From NCBI GenBank assembly GCA_965112155.1, contig OZ218104.1: a stretch of 64,000 nt of DNA. The stretch is one strand, 5' to 3'. The DNA comes from Podarcis liolepis. Taxonomy: Eukaryota. The position numbers and the translations under genes are program-made. The notes below the pieces were generated by a model. That model worked only from the letters and a program-made list of their open reading frames with translations. It did not search any database and had not been told where the DNA came from. Shown piece after piece: positions 62,139-64,000 of the stretch; the first letter of the stretch is position 1, and every line of letters begins with the position of its first letter.

Positions 62139-64000
62139 TCCATGTCTCCCACCTTCTTTCTGTCTGTCTCCTCCTTTCTCTACTTGTTCAGGGCTGTTGT
62201 CTGAACCCCATGGAATGTGGTCTCTCCTCCCCCAGCCACACGCACATACCGCCCCTGTAATGCCTCATCCCTGCCTTTGGCTTTCCTCTTTTGGCCTGTA
62301 AGCATCCTGAGACTGCATAGTACCAGCATATGGCCTTTGGCAGAACAACAGCAGTTCCTCCCCCTCCCCACCCCTGCATTCACCCGCCCACCCTTTGATC
62401 CTGTTGCCTGCCGGTTGCATGAAGATTATGAATCCAGTGAAAACTCTTAAGCAAGAGAGACTGCTTTTGAAACACCGAACAACCTCCTGCGCGGCTTAGG
62501 GTGACCTTGAGGCTGAGGAGAACTCCTGCAGCGAGGAGGAATTCCAACTTAAGACTTGGCTGCGGTGGGAGGGTCTCGCCTGTGGATTGATGGGGGGCAA
62601 AGCACTTTCCCGCCCACAATTCTGTAGGCAAGCACAGAACTAGGCAGCTGGAGAACCAGAGCTGCTTCTTCGCTACCGTTACTTAGAAGCAGCAAAGCTT
62701 CCAGCCCTCATGAAACTTGTGGGAGGTGATGTCACGGAAGGTGCAGACAGGGGTGAGCAAATCGTCACATAGCATCGAAGCCCACTGAGTAACTGTGGGG
62801 CAGTCTCTCTCTCTCAGCCTAGCCTACTTCACAGGACTGCTGCGAGGATAAAATGGGGAGTAGTGGGACCTGAACTCCTTGGAATAATAATACAAATGCA
62901 TTATCATCAACAACAACATTCGCTCTCACCCTCAGCAGGGGAGGGCCTCAGAGCCCTAAAGCTCCTTGCCCGCCACTGCAAACAGCAGTGGCAAAATAAA
63001 TGGAAAAATGCCGGTGTGTGTATAAATACACCCACAAGTTTGTTTCATGGGCATCATTAGTACCAGTTAGAGCATTTAGCTTTTCACGGCAAAGAAATTT
63101 GGTTTACTTTGAGATAGCTAGTTTACTTTTATCTTATTTTAAAAGATGTAGACTTCAGGGGAGGGGGCAGGAAAGCATGTTGGAATAGACTCTAATTCAG
63201 ACAAGTAGGTAGGTTTGTGCTCTGTCAGCTTGGGGTAATTTGCTTATAAGGAATGGGCGGCCATTGTCTCCCCCCCATCTCCTTTTCTCCATTTTGAAAC
63301 CAAGAAAGTTGCCACCAAGCTTTCTCCCCTGAGTACGTTGAGTAAGCATGGGGTAGCTTTTGGTTTGCCCAAAAGACAAATAGATTCCTGAATAGATTCC
63401 TATATTACCTCACACATCTTTTTGATGTGAGGGCGGTAGGGTGGCAGAATACCTCCACTGTCCCTCCCCTCATGCTCACAATTAATGGCACCATTGCGGC
63501 TGCGACAACAGGAGTCAACTGTGCGGCCATCATGGGCCTTCCCTCTGCCTCTTCGTCCTGTTTGCTTAGAAGCTCCAAAATGGAACTGGGAAAGGGGAGC
63601 AGGAGGGGGCGTACCTGCCCAGGTGACGTTGATAAAGGAGCCCCATTACAGAGCAGGTTCTGTTGAGGGAATAGATTACCCTTGGAAGGGACAATGAGGC
63701 ATTCATTCTCATAAATAATGCTGTGAGGGGGAATCGCCCCAGCAAAGTGGGGCATGGGCCTGAAAGGAAAGTTGGGATATATATACACACACAGAGAGAA
63801 GATTTAGTAGACATTGTTTGTTAATGTATTTGTCCTGCCTTCCATTTGTCCCACCTTCCATCCAAGGGGGTTCAAGGCAGTGTACATGGATGGCTCTCCT
63901 CCCACCATTTTATCCTCACAACAACCTTGTGAGGTAAATTAAGCTGAGAGAGGTCTATATAAAGCTTTAATTAGGCTGAGTGAGATGGCTGCCTCAAGCA

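Noticed and set aside
1-64000. Prokaryotic-type system (CRISPR array, operon, defence island)
   Set aside because: The sequence is a vertebrate intron-exon gene with SINEs, LINEs and microsatellites. The 34-bp repeat at 5432 is head-to-tail with no unique spacers, so it is not a CRISPR array.
57310-64000. Agrin follistatin domain 5 exon
   Set aside because: No Kazal-type PVCGSD..TY..C frame was found, so the exon presumably lies beyond the window end.

Overview
This window is vertebrate genomic DNA, not prokaryotic. It almost certainly comes from a lacertid lizard (Podarcis/Lacerta-like), because it contains a full-length Sauria SINE of the lacertid type alongside Squam3-like SINEs, BovB, CR1 and L2 fragments. 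The whole window lies inside the agrin gene (AGRN) on the + strand. Five coding exons can be read with canonical AG/GT boundaries, all phase 1-1: a 48-nt linker exon (3724-3771) that the ORF track misses, and four follistatin/Kazal exons (49826-50041, 53241-53465, 55447-55671, 57103-57309). Together they give 921 nt of continuous frame. The first intron in the window is 46,054 bp and holds many MITEs, SINEs, LINE fragments, a 34-bp minisatellite and several repeat-free blocks that look like enhancers. The most interesting unexplained signals are: (i) a group of candidate cassette exons and microexons with YCAY/TGCATG motifs after the fourth follistatin exon; (ii) a 143-bp TSD-flanked insertion that folds into a long hairpin; (iii) MITEs carrying promoter motifs; and (iv) Pbx-Hox/Meis/MEF2 motif clusters in the introns. 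None of these is proven from sequence alone. Apart from the agrin exons and one decayed L2 frame, the supplied ORFs appear spurious. Repeat family names come from recalled consensus sequences, not a database search, and some repeat boundaries are approximate.
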